Made by a program: the position numbers and the translations under genes. A stretch of 22,691 bases of DNA from Candidatus Iainarchaeum sp. (GTDB taxonomy: Archaea > Iainarchaeota > Iainarchaeia > Iainarchaeales > JAZDFD01), in NCBI GenBank assembly GCA_043808155.1, contig JAZDFD010000019.1, positions 1 through 22,691 on the forward strand. The letters are read 5' to 3'. Positions within the stretch are counted from its first letter, which is position 1. Every line of letters begins with the position of its first letter. Shown one piece after another: positions 1-9,155 of the stretch. The notes below the pieces were generated by a model. It was given only the letters and a program-made list of their open reading frames with translations. It was not told the DNA's origin and made no database searches.

Positions 1-2
1 TT

Positions 3-809
3 GTGAATAACGATCTAAAAATTGAAAGAGGAAAGTTTGAGGTTTTCACTTTGCTTGTTGAAAACACAGGCGACTTTGAAGAAAATGTTGACATTGAAGT
101 CAATGATTACTTTGAAGGAATTGAAGTAACAATCTCAGACAAACACTTTAATTTGGATGACGGAGATTCACAAGAAGTGTACATTAGTGTTACTGCAACA
201 GAAGATGCAGAACTTGGAAGTTATGAACTTTCAACCTTAGTAACTAATGGTGAAACATACAGGGAAACATTAAGGTTTGAGGTTGTGGATTCAGGTTATG
301 AACCATACGACCCATATGAACCAGAACCCATATATGAAGACTTTGAAGTTATTTCATATCCTGACGCAGTTAGTGTAACTATGTTAGGCGACAACAAAGT
401 TGAATTCACTATTGGAAACATAGGTCAGTATCCAATTTACGGAATGCGTGTAAGTTTGGAAAACCTTCCAAGAGGAATTAACATTGATATCCCAGACTTT
501 GATATCATGCCAGGCGAAACTAAAACAGTTGAAGCAACAATTACTGTTTCAGACGAAGTTGAAGCAGGAACTTATGACGGAAAACTTAGATTTGCTTCAG
601 AAGGTTTCGTTGACAAGAAAGATGTAAAAGTCACAGTTGAACCAGATGGATTTGGAGAATTAGCATCAGGATTATTTGCAATGGGTGCAAACGTTCTGTT
701 AGGAATTGTGGTACTGCTTGTTGTAATCGGTGCAATACTCTTAATCTCAAAAATGGTTCAGAGTGGCCCCTCTCGAAAAGAGAGAAGGGAAGCTTGGGAA
801 GACGATTAA
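3..809 (+). CDS. C-terminal part of a multi-domain surface protein (Ig-like CARDB/NEW3-type repeats, C-terminal TM helix); probably 5'-truncated by the window
   Basis: Frame is open from the window edge. Two acidic beta-rich Ig-like repeats (…VENTGD…AELGSYEL; …IGNIG…VEAGTYDG), a Pro/Tyr linker YEPYDPYEPEP, then SGLF, a hydrophobic helix (NVLLGIVVLLVVIGAILLI) and a charged tail. Confidence 0.85.
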   Translation: MNNDLKIERGKFEVFTLLVENTGDFEENVDIEVNDYFEGIEVTISDKHFNLDDGDSQEVYISVTATEDAELGSYELSTLVTNGETYRETLRFEVVDSGYEPYDPYEPEPIYEDFEVISYPDAVSVTMLGDNKVEFTIGNIGQYPIYGMRVSLENLPRGINIDIPDFDIMPGETKTVEATITVSDEVEAGTYDGKLRFASEGFVDKKDVKVTVEPDGFGELASGLFAMGANVLLGIVVLLVVIGAILLISKMVQSGPSRKERREAWEDD

Positions 810-813
810 GTAC

Positions 814-851
814 AGAAGCCTTAGGGCTTCTTTCATTTATTTTTTATTTTT
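814..851 (+). terminator. Hairpin plus T-tract terminator
   Basis: AGAAGCC-ttag-GGCTTCT (814-831) lies 4 nt after the stop and is followed by a long T-rich run. Confidence 0.7.
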
Positions 852-912
852 AAAACCAGCACATTCCTAACACTTTAAAAGATTTGAGTTAGGGAAAATG
901 GTAGGTGAGATT

Positions 913-2901
913 ATGAAATTTCGATATGCAATTTTAACATTAGGAGTATTACTTATTCTCTTTTCAATTTCCGGCACAGCAAACGCATTAGTATTGAATG
1001 GTGACTTTACAGTTGAAGCAGACTGTATTGAGCCAGCACAAACAACCTGGGTTCTTGAAAATGATGATTCAGTAACACACACATACACTATAACTGCACA
1101 GGGAGACTATGCAAACTGGATTAATATTAATGGAAAATGGGTTGGAAAAGAAAATCTTAAAATCACTTTAACTGCTTCTGAAACTAAATTTCTTTATGCA
1201 TTCATAAAAGCAGATTCTTGTTTTATAAAACCAGGGAGTTATGAAATTCCTTTAACTGTTTCAAATGAAGAAACTATTGAAAGAGTTGTTATTGTTGAAG
1301 TTTTAGAATCACGAAGCGTGAAATTAAACGCTTTTGAAAATGAAATTACTTCAGGACAATGTGAAAATGTTTCTTTTGAGTTTGGAATTGAAAACACAAG
1401 TAAATTAGATGAATCTGTTATGCTTGAAGTTTCGGGTTTGGATGCGGATTGGTATTCATTAAGTGACGAAAGTTTCACTTTAGAAAAAAATACTTCAAAA
1501 ACTGTGTCACTTGAAATTAACGCACCATGTGATGCAGCACTTGAAACATATGAATTCGAAATTACTGCAAAACTTGAAAAATCATATTTCGAAACTTCAG
1601 AAAAATTCACTTATGAGATTCTTGACGCTCAGGAAATTGAGGTTCTTGTGGATTCAATAATTGTCTGTAATGATGAGAAATCTGAAGCTAAAATTGTTTT
1701 GAGAAATAATGGTAATTTCTCTGATTCACTTGAATTAAATATTTCTGACCCTGAATGGGTTTCATTAAGAGAAACAATAGTTGAAATTGAAGCAGGAGCT
1801 GAGAAAGAAATCACGCTTGAATTCACTGAACACGAATCAGAAGAAAATGTGGAAATCCTCCTTGGAATTTACAGCTTAAAATTCAATAAAATGACTAATA
1901 AAATGATTTCTGTAAATTCAGAGGATTGTTATAATGCTGAAATTGGGGCATTTACTCTGCCTGAATCACTATGTCAGGAAGAGGCAAATCCAGTAAATGC
2001 CACATTTGATATAGCAAATACTGGGACAAAAAACATTGCATTAAACCTGACAATAGAGGGTGTAAATGCGATTTTAAGTCAAGAAAGTGTTGAAATTATG
2101 CCTTCAGAAGTGGCTAAAATTGCAGTTGTTCTTGATTTTAGCGCAATTAGTTCAGTTAGTCCTGGTCTCTCAATAAAGGCTGAAAATCCATTATTCAGCA
2201 CTGAAAATGCCTATTCTATAGACCTTGTGGACTGTTATGCTCTGGATATAGATGCTTCAGAATTTGACGGAAAAATCACTGCGGAAAGGGGTAAGGAACC
2301 AATATTAGTTACTCTTTTCATGGAGAATGAAGGGAGCCGAACACAGGGTGTGGACATAGCATTTGAGGGGCCCTCATGGATTTACTTTGAACCACGCGAT
2401 GTTGAATTAGGCGTTGGCGAAACACAGGAAGTTTACTTTTATATCAGCCCTTCATTAGAGGTTAAAGCTTCAGAATATGAATCCACTATTAGAATCACTG
2501 GATTCGACTTTGAGGAAGAAGTTAAACTTGTAGTGAAAGTTGATGAAGCCGGGATGCTGGTTGAAGAAGAAACATTAGCAGAAGAAAACGGAGATTCAGA
2601 AGTGAACTCTGAAGAAACTGTAACTGCAGAAGAAACTTCTTCAGAAGAAAGTGAAAATTCAGAAGATAATGGTTTTGTTGGGACAGGTTTATTTCTCCTT
2701 GCAAACGGCGGTTCAATTATAATTATTGTTTTGTTCTTGGTTGTTGTTGCATTGCTTGCATACTTCAGCAGAAGTGTAAACAATACAAAATCTGAAGTTA
2801 CAGAAAGTAATGAAACTTATACTGAAACTGATATTCCGGTAAAAAAAACATTTACAAAAAAGAGAACTTCAAAACCTAAAACAAGAGCAAAGAAGAAATA
2901 A
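913..2901 (+). CDS. Secreted, C-terminally anchored multi-Ig surface (S-layer-like/COG1470-like) protein, about 662 aa
   Basis: SD GGTGA at 904-908 favours ATG 913 over 898. Signal peptide MKFRYAILTLGVLLILFSISGTANA. About five ~100-aa Ig-like repeats with paired Cys (…DCY…). Glu/Ser/Thr-rich linker, TGLF, a TM helix and a Lys-rich tail. Confidence 0.88.
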   Translation: MKFRYAILTLGVLLILFSISGTANALVLNGDFTVEADCIEPAQTTWVLENDDSVTHTYTITAQGDYANWININGKWVGKENLKITLTASETKFLYAFIKADSCFIKPGSYEIPLTVSNEETIERVVIVEVLESRSVKLNAFENEITSGQCENVSFEFGIENTSKLDESVMLEVSGLDADWYSLSDESFTLEKNTSKTVSLEINAPCDAALETYEFEITAKLEKSYFETSEKFTYEILDAQEIEVLVDSIIVCNDEKSEAKIVLRNNGNFSDSLELNISDPEWVSLRETIVEIEAGAEKEITLEFTEHESEENVEILLGIYSLKFNKMTNKMISVNSEDCYNAEIGAFTLPESLCQEEANPVNATFDIANTGTKNIALNLTIEGVNAILSQESVEIMPSEVAKIAVVLDFSAISSVSPGLSIKAENPLFSTENAYSIDLVDCYALDIDASEFDGKITAERGKEPILVTLFMENEGSRTQGVDIAFEGPSWIYFEPRDVELGVGETQEVYFYISPSLEVKASEYESTIRITGFDFEEEVKLVVKVDEAGMLVEEETLAEENGDSEVNSEETVTAEETSSEESENSEDNGFVGTGLFLLANGGSIIIIVLFLVVVALLAYFSRSVNNTKSEVTESNETYTETDIPVKKTFTKKRTSKPKTRAKKK

Positions 2902-2944
2902 TTTTAAAATTCAAAACTTAAAAAAACAAATAAATTCAAAACCC

Positions 2945-2968
2945 AAAGAAGAAACAAAATTCTTCTTT
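2945..2968. terminator. Probable bidirectional terminator between convergent genes
   Basis: AAAGAAGAA-acaaaa-TTCTTCTTT, with an A-rich run upstream and a T-rich run downstream. Confidence 0.6.
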
Positions 2969-3078
2969 CTTATTTTATTTTTTTATTATCCTAAATAAGG
3001 TGTAAAAAATAGTTTCTGCAAGAAGGTTGCTTGGTAAAACATTAATTTGATTTCATGCATTCTGCCCATAGATGTTTT

Positions 3079-3216
3079 ATGACGTATTGTGTGTATTGTC
3101 GGAAGTTTCAGAATGAGAACTTTCTGAGTTGTTTGAACTGCCTCCATTTTGAGGGCGTGTTAGTTTTTTTGTTCAAATACTCCGGGAATGAATTTTTCTT
3201 TATCAATACAGCCTAA
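3079..3216 (+). CDS. Possible 45-aa zinc-ribbon microprotein (CxxC-x10-CxxC)
   Basis: My translation: MTYCVYCRKFQNENFLSCLNCLHFEGVLVFLFKYSGNEFFFINTA*. Overlaps the 3' end of the convergent gene by 57 nt; no clear SD. Confidence 0.2.
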   Translation: MTYCVYCRKFQNENFLSCLNCLHFEGVLVFLFKYSGNEFFFINTA

Positions 3217-4851
3217 ACATTGTGCAATAGTTGAGCAGGTTGCGCATTCTGCTGAAGGTATTACTGTTACGGGTGGCGTAACTGGAGGAGTAACTGGTGG
3301 CGTAACTTCGCACATCGGCGATTTTCCAACTGCAAGCAAAGCTTCGTCCCACTGCAAACTTGAATTATTTGTAATCATAGGGCTTGTTGCAGTTCCATTG
3401 CCTATCCCGACACAATATTTGAAATAATAAGTAGTAGTATCAATATTGCTTTTTATTGTTGGTTCCATATGATGGCCTGCAATTACTCCGAAACCCGAAT
3501 CTGCTTCCCTTCCAACTGCAGCACCTCCTGATTCCTCAACAATGTAAATGTTCATATTGTTTTTAGTAAAAAGATATTCAGTTGTACCTGCAGTTGAAAC
3601 AACATATTTGCTGAAAAACATTCCTGACTGGCATGCTTCATTTGCCCTGAAATTTAAAACTCCGCCTGTGATTTCTGAAATATTGCCGCTTCCATCCAGC
3701 CAATACTTATTATCAACTTCAAGTTTAGTTTCGTTTTTACCAACCCAATAAAACTGATGCCCTATAACACGAACAGCTGCATCGCTTGGGTAGAAACATT
3801 TCAGATTGTTTTCCGCATCTTCTTTATTTGTGTAATAAGAAACATCATCTGCAGGATTCTTCGCCATCCAGATCCAAATCTGTTTTTCTGCAGGAACTGC
3901 AGATGACAATGTGAATTTGGGGACTACAACAAGTGCAGATGGACCTACTGCGGGAGTTCCAGGAACATAATAAACGCCGTCTACTGATTCAAGTTCTGCT
4001 GTTGCATCAGCGTTGTAAAAAGAAAGGATTGCATTTCCTACACCATTTGGAGATGCGGGAGTGCCTTCACAAGATGCACTTGGAGTTACACAACACCTAA
4101 TATTATTTCCACCTGAACAGCAGTAGTTACCATTGCATTCTCTTGTTTTTATTAGTGTGCCACTGCATTGTGTTGTATCTGTGTTTATGCAGAGTCCATC
4201 AGTATTGTGCGGTGCTCTGCATGGTCCGTTTACTGTCGCTATGGGCACCTCTGGAATTGGGTTTTCATTACCTGGTGCGCCAGGTATTACTTGGTCTGGT
4301 GCAGCAGAGGGTGTACGATTACAAATGTCAAATTTAACATACATATCATTCTGTAAAAGCGCGCCCCATTCAAAACGAACTACTTCAAAATTTTCAAGAG
4401 TTATAATAATATTGTTAGGAACTGCAGGCATGCGATCATTAGCATCACTAATATTTATTGCACCGACAGTAGCTGGGTAGCGAGGGCTTGCTTTCCGATA
4501 GCCTAGCCAGTATAAGTCTACATTGAAAGGCACATCTGTGTCTGAAATAGTTGCCTGATAAACATATCCTCCACTCCAGAAACCATTGTATCTCTTGACA
4601 TTAATAGTATAACTACAACTTTCATCATTACACTGAAGTGAGTATAGATGCAATTCATACTGTTGTACAGCATTAGAACCAATATTAACATCAAAATTCG
4701 CAGGCGACAAGCCATTCCATAATTGACCTTCAGCTTGCATACAATCGCCAGGGTTAGGTATTCTAATATTAATAGGCATCATATCCGCAAATACGTGGGG
4801 AATTAATAACAAAATGACTAAGGCTACTACAAAACGCTGACCAATATTCAT
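3160..4851 (-). CDS. Secreted Cys-rich modular protein (large partner, cassette C), about 563 aa
   Basis: SD-like AGGTGTGTGA before ATG 4851. Signal peptide MNIGQRFVVALVILLLIPHVFA. Pro-rich linker, Cys module ending GGNNIRCC, (VTPP)3 linker, and C-terminal CATCSTIAQCLGC. Confidence 0.85.
   Translation of the reverse strand: MNIGQRFVVALVILLLIPHVFADMMPINIRIPNPGDCMQAEGQLWNGLSPANFDVNIGSNAVQQYELHLYSLQCNDESCSYTINVKRYNGFWSGGYVYQATISDTDVPFNVDLYWLGYRKASPRYPATVGAINISDANDRMPAVPNNIIITLENFEVVRFEWGALLQNDMYVKFDICNRTPSAAPDQVIPGAPGNENPIPEVPIATVNGPCRAPHNTDGLCINTDTTQCSGTLIKTRECNGNYCCSGGNNIRCCVTPSASCEGTPASPNGVGNAILSFYNADATAELESVDGVYYVPGTPAVGPSALVVVPKFTLSSAVPAEKQIWIWMAKNPADDVSYYTNKEDAENNLKCFYPSDAAVRVIGHQFYWVGKNETKLEVDNKYWLDGSGNISEITGGVLNFRANEACQSGMFFSKYVVSTAGTTEYLFTKNNMNIYIVEESGGAAVGREADSGFGVIAGHHMEPTIKSNIDTTTYYFKYCVGIGNGTATSPMITNNSSLQWDEALLAVGKSPMCEVTPPVTPPVTPPVTVIPSAECATCSTIAQCLGCIDKEKFIPGVFEQKN
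3265..3306 (-). repeat. 12-bp coding tandem repeat encoding a (VTPP)3-VT linker
   Basis: Synonymously diverged repeat units in the C-terminal linker of the 3160-4851 protein. Confidence 0.7.
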
Positions 4852-4892
4852 AATATCACACACCTATAATTAGGATATATATTATATTCAAC

Positions 4893-4904
4893 TTATTATA
4901 TAAA
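4893..4904 (-). promoter_or_regulatory. Putative archaeal TATA box for the 3160-4851 gene
   Basis: TTTATATAATAA on the - strand about 40-50 nt upstream of the ATG. The same 12-mer precedes the 14781-18320 gene. Confidence 0.5.
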
Positions 4905-4907
4905 AAA

Positions 4908-5537
4908 CTACTCCCTGCAGAAGTCATCCTCCAGAGCTAAAATATCGGATTCGATTTCCAAAATAAAACGTTCATCAGGATATTTAAGGTTAGCTGCTTC
5001 ATCCGAAAGAGAGAATTTATAATTAAGCCCGGAATACTTTTCACTAAAGGATATTAAATTTTGCATAAGAGAAGGACCAACCACGGCTAATTTCCGTGCT
5101 TTCTCTGCAATTGCCTTAAAAGTAGGCAAAAGTGTACAATATGCCGAATCAGGAACATTTGCAGCTAAATTTGCCTCTACAACTTCTTTTCGTTTATTAG
5201 ATAACTCCGTAAATTCATTAGCTAATATAACATAAGTAATCATTTCAAACTGCAAATCTAATGTTTCTTTTACAACAGAATCGTCTTGAGATGATTTAAA
5301 ATTAAGAACATCTGTTTTTAATTTCACTAACTCAGATTTAGACATATTTGAAAATTTATCAGACGATAAAAACAAATCTTCACCAATTACCATTTCTCTG
5401 TCAGACCAAAATTCATCAAATTCTTCAAAAACTACAGTAACATCATCTTCAACAGTCGGGGGAGTCTGGAAAAATAAGAAATAACCTGCAATTATTACAA
5501 TAAAAACAATTGTACCAATAATGATTTTTTTGTCCAT
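4908..5537 (-). CDS. Small N-terminally anchored helical protein (small partner, cassette C); paralog of 11875-12585
   Basis: MDKK plus a TM helix; helical, charged ectodomain with two Cys (AYCTLL, DDFCRE); SD-like GAGGT upstream. Confidence 0.85.
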   Translation of the reverse strand: MDKKIIIGTIVFIVIIAGYFLFFQTPPTVEDDVTVVFEEFDEFWSDREMVIGEDLFLSSDKFSNMSKSELVKLKTDVLNFKSSQDDSVVKETLDLQFEMITYVILANEFTELSNKRKEVVEANLAANVPDSAYCTLLPTFKAIAEKARKLAVVGPSLMQNLISFSEKYSGLNYKFSLSDEAANLKYPDERFILEIESDILALEDDFCRE

Positions 5538-5592
5538 CCCGCAACCTCTTTTGTATTCCTTATATGATTATATTCTTTATATTATTAGTAAT

Positions 5593-5628
5593 ATATAAAG
5601 ATTCAGGTAAATATAAAGATTCAGGTAA
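5593..5628. repeat. Perfect 18-bp tandem duplication containing a TATA-like core (TTACCTGAATCTTTATAT on the - strand)
   Basis: ATATAAAGATTCAGGTAA at 5593-5610 and 5611-5628, about 55 nt upstream of the 5537 start. Confidence 0.85.
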
Positions 5629-5750
5629 TTTGTAATAAAATATGCGTTTCGGAAGTATTTAAGGGTTACTCTGGAGAGAGTGTTCTTTTAAATAAATTGG
5701 GGAAATGAGGTGGCTGATAAAGTGTGTAATATATGACGAGGTTGCTGATG

Positions 5751-8700
5751 CTACTCCGGATCGGAAATATCAGGCTGCAAATCTGATGAACGTTTTCGCG
5801 TGTTCCAGTAGAGAAGCATTTCACTTTTAGTATTGTCTAAATCAAGGCAGGTGTAGCCTGATTCCAGCAGATTCAGATATTCTTCAAGTGAATAATAGTT
5901 GTAGAATTCTGTGTTGTTCAGTTGTAATGTGCGTGATGTTTCTGCAAGTAACTGATTGCTTACTGCACCTAGTTTTGTGGTTGTTGTTATGCCTGAACCT
6001 GAGGGATTGAATTCAACAGAAGATACTGCGTGTTCATTCGCTGAACAGATAAAAGTCAGTGCCATTGGTGTGTTTAAAGGCGTGAATACGATTGAGGAAA
6101 TGTCGCTGCCTAAATCACCTGAAATACCCGCATAATTATTTGAGCCTGAAACAGATGAACAAGTTGAGGTTAATTCACTTGCTTCATTCAAGTGATCACT
6201 AACCCATCCGCTTTCAATTTGCCAGTAAAGAATTGGTGCTGTTGTTTGAGCAGGAGTCAGAGAATAGAAAATACCTTTTGGTTCTGCATTAGTATAGTCC
6301 GTTTGTGTTCCGCCGTCTCCCGAAGGGACTTTTGTGCCCTCGTCTATTTCAACAGTAACTTTTACTGCAGATGAAGGCGAATAATAAATTTTGTCATCAG
6401 AAGTTATTTCAAAAAGCTTTCCTTCTTGTGTGAAAGAATAAGTGTCATAATAATTTGCATTTTGTGATTCTTCAATTACAGCATCATGAGCGCCTGGGTC
6501 AACAGACTTTGAAAGTATTATTTCTGAAACTAAATTAGGGTGCATGCCTGCATTGAAAGGCGTGAAAAATAATGGGTTTGCCCTGTAATTGAAAGAACTT
6601 TCTGGCTGTGATGCAGTAAGTGCAGTAAAACTATAGTGCAGTATTGCACGTGAAAGTTCAAAAGTGTCGCTTTCCCAATTGTAATTCAATAATAGTTTGT
6701 ATCTTCCTGCTTGACCTAAACTTGTTAAACTTTTCCAGTTCTCTTCTGCGAAATTGATATAATCTAAAGGATGTTTTTCGTTTTCATATAAGCCGGCATA
6801 AAAATAGTGTTCTCTGAAATTGTCATCCGAGTATTCTCCGTTGCCTGAATAATCATCTTCCAAAAGATATGAGTCAAACCTTATGTTATTCCACAAATCA
6901 GATGCATTTAATCCCTTAATATTTTTTGCGTCTGTCATTATTTTAGTTATGAGTTCATCATTATTCTCAACTGTGAGAGTGCCTGAATTTCTTATTCCTG
7001 CGGAAAATGAAATGTTTTCATAAATTTTTGTTAATAAGTCAGTAGTTAATTCAACTGTTCCATCATTATCGGAAGTTATGCTTTCAATTGTGCATGTTTC
7101 AGTTTCAGCTGAACAATCTGTAAATAATGAATTAACTAATGCGTGATACTCATTAAAAGTCATGTAATAATTTCCTGTGACTTCATCTTTTTCTGCACCT
7201 AAAAGATTCATTTGTACTTCATCAAAGTTATCATCTGAAATTGTTGCAATAATTTCAGCGTCATCAAATCCAGCGTCACCTAAATCTTCATTTTGAGAGC
7301 CAACTGAGACCTCTAACCTTGTTAAATCTAATACCACAGATATGAAAGTTGCAGGTTGTGATTCATTTGATTCTTCGTTTTCTGCATTTTCTTCATTATC
7401 AACTTCAAAATCATACTGACTTAGAATTTCATTTTTTGAATTTCTGAAAAATAAATATGTTGTTGGTATGTCTGAACTGTCAGTAATTTCCATTTGTTCT
7501 TTTGTCCACAGATATAAATGTGCAGTGTCTTTCAGTTCATCAAAATCAACATTATCAAAACCCCATTTTCCAGTGTAGGCTTCGATGTCTGTAAAATTGT
7601 CTGAACTTTCAGTGAATTTTTTGATTTGCACAGCTTTTTTAGAAAGCGAAATAGAAAATTGTGTTGCATCACAAAACTTTGCATTTCCCGAATCATCACA
7701 TTCATTAATACTTACATCATCCCAGCTCCAGTCAAATAATAATCTGTCAAATCCGTATTTGAGATATGCCTGTTCTCCTGTTTCACCAGATTCGCCTGTA
7801 TGACCAAGATTGCAAGAAGCCAACTCAATTGTGCCTGTTGCACCTGGTTGTGAAGCACGGTAAATTATTTTTACAATAATTGAATCTTCTAAAATCCACG
7901 TACTATCACTTTGTTTTACTGCTGCACAATATTTTACAAATTTATAATCTGCATCCCGAAGAATGTCCATATTAACTCCTGCTGTCATGTAAGCCCTGTT
8001 AGTTTCAAGCATATACAAATTTTGTCCTGGAACAATTGTTTCGCCTGCGGGTGCAAAAATCCAGGTGTTTGACATTTCATTTTCAGAAGTAAAACAATCC
8101 AAATTATTTGTTTCTTCAAGTGTGAGATTATCGCCTCCACCTAAAACTTGCCAGAACAAAACAATTCCTGTTTCTGGTAAATCATTATTGTTTATAAAAA
8201 ATCTTGGTCTTAGAGGATTGCCTTTAGTTAATTCATAATATTGGAGTTCGTTTTCAGACAGAGGTGCAAGAACTGAATTGGGTTCACTAACAGTCGCTAA
8301 AAATAAATTGGTAGGAAAATTTTCACGAACGTATTCCGATGCACGTTCCATAAATAAATTATTTGCAGAACCTACTACTGGCTCAGTATCGTCAGCTAAA
8401 TTTTGATTAAAACCTGAGGGAGTTATTCTGTTTAAAAATACACTGCAGTTTGCTATTTCACTTTGATAATAGTCAGGACTTAATCTGCAGTGGCAGAGAC
8501 CGGCAGTTCCCTCTGCACAAATATCAGTTGCTGTGCTCCCAATACAATAATTTGAGGAATATCCATTATTGCAGGTGTATTTTCCTGTTGTTGCAGGTTT
8601 GAAAGTATCACATAATGTGTCACACGACTTAGAATAAATTGTTGTGGCTTTTTCAACTTCGGGTGCGGGTGGACCTACAAATGGTTCAGGTGCGGGTGTT

Positions 8701-9155
8701 TCATCTGGTGTTTCTGTTGGTGTTGTTGGTGTTTCAGGTGTAAGATTAATACAGCATTTTATATTACTGCTGCCTCCACATTTTCCTGAAATTTCACTCC
8801 AGGGCGGCATTGGAAAATCAGTGTTACCACAGCGTCTGGGTTTATCTAACATTGTTGATTTCCATAAACAAACTCCAAATGTTTCATCACTGACACATAT
8901 GGCACTAATGAAATCCTCATCTATTTTGCATCTTGCAACTTCATTACCAACAGCATCACGGCAACCATAAGCGCATGGAGTTGACACCTCGGAACAATCA
9001 ACAAGAGTCTGAATTAATGAATCACCATTTGCACTGCATTCAAAATGATCAATACAAACTTCTACTTCGCCTTCTGCAAAAGAATAAAGTGAAATTGATA
9101 AAAGGAAAATAAAAATTACTGAAAATTTAAAATAACGTGAATTATAAAACTTCAA
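5751..9155 (-). CDS. Large secreted acidic Cys-rich surface protein (large partner, cassette B), about 1134 aa
   Basis: SD CAGGAGGGGG within the upstream gene's last codons. TTG at 9155 (or 9158) overlaps the upstream TGA. Signal peptide ending …SLYSFA. N-terminal Cys modules, a Thr/Pro linker, and a C-terminal region containing FDWSW…CD…CDATQFSISL. Confidence 0.88.
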   Translation of the reverse strand: MKFYNSRYFKFSVIFIFLLSISLYSFAEGEVEVCIDHFECSANGDSLIQTLVDCSEVSTPCAYGCRDAVGNEVARCKIDEDFISAICVSDETFGVCLWKSTMLDKPRRCGNTDFPMPPWSEISGKCGGSSNIKCCINLTPETPTTPTETPDETPAPEPFVGPPAPEVEKATTIYSKSCDTLCDTFKPATTGKYTCNNGYSSNYCIGSTATDICAEGTAGLCHCRLSPDYYQSEIANCSVFLNRITPSGFNQNLADDTEPVVGSANNLFMERASEYVRENFPTNLFLATVSEPNSVLAPLSENELQYYELTKGNPLRPRFFINNNDLPETGIVLFWQVLGGGDNLTLEETNNLDCFTSENEMSNTWIFAPAGETIVPGQNLYMLETNRAYMTAGVNMDILRDADYKFVKYCAAVKQSDSTWILEDSIIVKIIYRASQPGATGTIELASCNLGHTGESGETGEQAYLKYGFDRLLFDWSWDDVSINECDDSGNAKFCDATQFSISLSKKAVQIKKFTESSDNFTDIEAYTGKWGFDNVDFDELKDTAHLYLWTKEQMEITDSSDIPTTYLFFRNSKNEILSQYDFEVDNEENAENEESNESQPATFISVVLDLTRLEVSVGSQNEDLGDAGFDDAEIIATISDDNFDEVQMNLLGAEKDEVTGNYYMTFNEYHALVNSLFTDCSAETETCTIESITSDNDGTVELTTDLLTKIYENISFSAGIRNSGTLTVENNDELITKIMTDAKNIKGLNASDLWNNIRFDSYLLEDDYSGNGEYSDDNFREHYFYAGLYENEKHPLDYINFAEENWKSLTSLGQAGRYKLLLNYNWESDTFELSRAILHYSFTALTASQPESSFNYRANPLFFTPFNAGMHPNLVSEIILSKSVDPGAHDAVIEESQNANYYDTYSFTQEGKLFEITSDDKIYYSPSSAVKVTVEIDEGTKVPSGDGGTQTDYTNAEPKGIFYSLTPAQTTAPILYWQIESGWVSDHLNEASELTSTCSSVSGSNNYAGISGDLGSDISSIVFTPLNTPMALTFICSANEHAVSSVEFNPSGSGITTTTKLGAVSNQLLAETSRTLQLNNTEFYNYYSLEEYLNLLESGYTCLDLDNTKSEMLLYWNTRKRSSDLQPDISDPE

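Noticed and set aside
867-2783. Short - strand ORFs within the 913-2901 gene
   Set aside because: Antisense shadows of an acidic, GAA-rich gene; no motifs or SD.
3217-3245. CATC in the 563-aa protein matching the TrxB active-site CATC
   Set aside because: Four-residue coincidence with different codons and context.
5593-5628. Possible CRISPR repeat
   Set aside because: Only two adjacent 18-bp units with no spacer and no cas genes.
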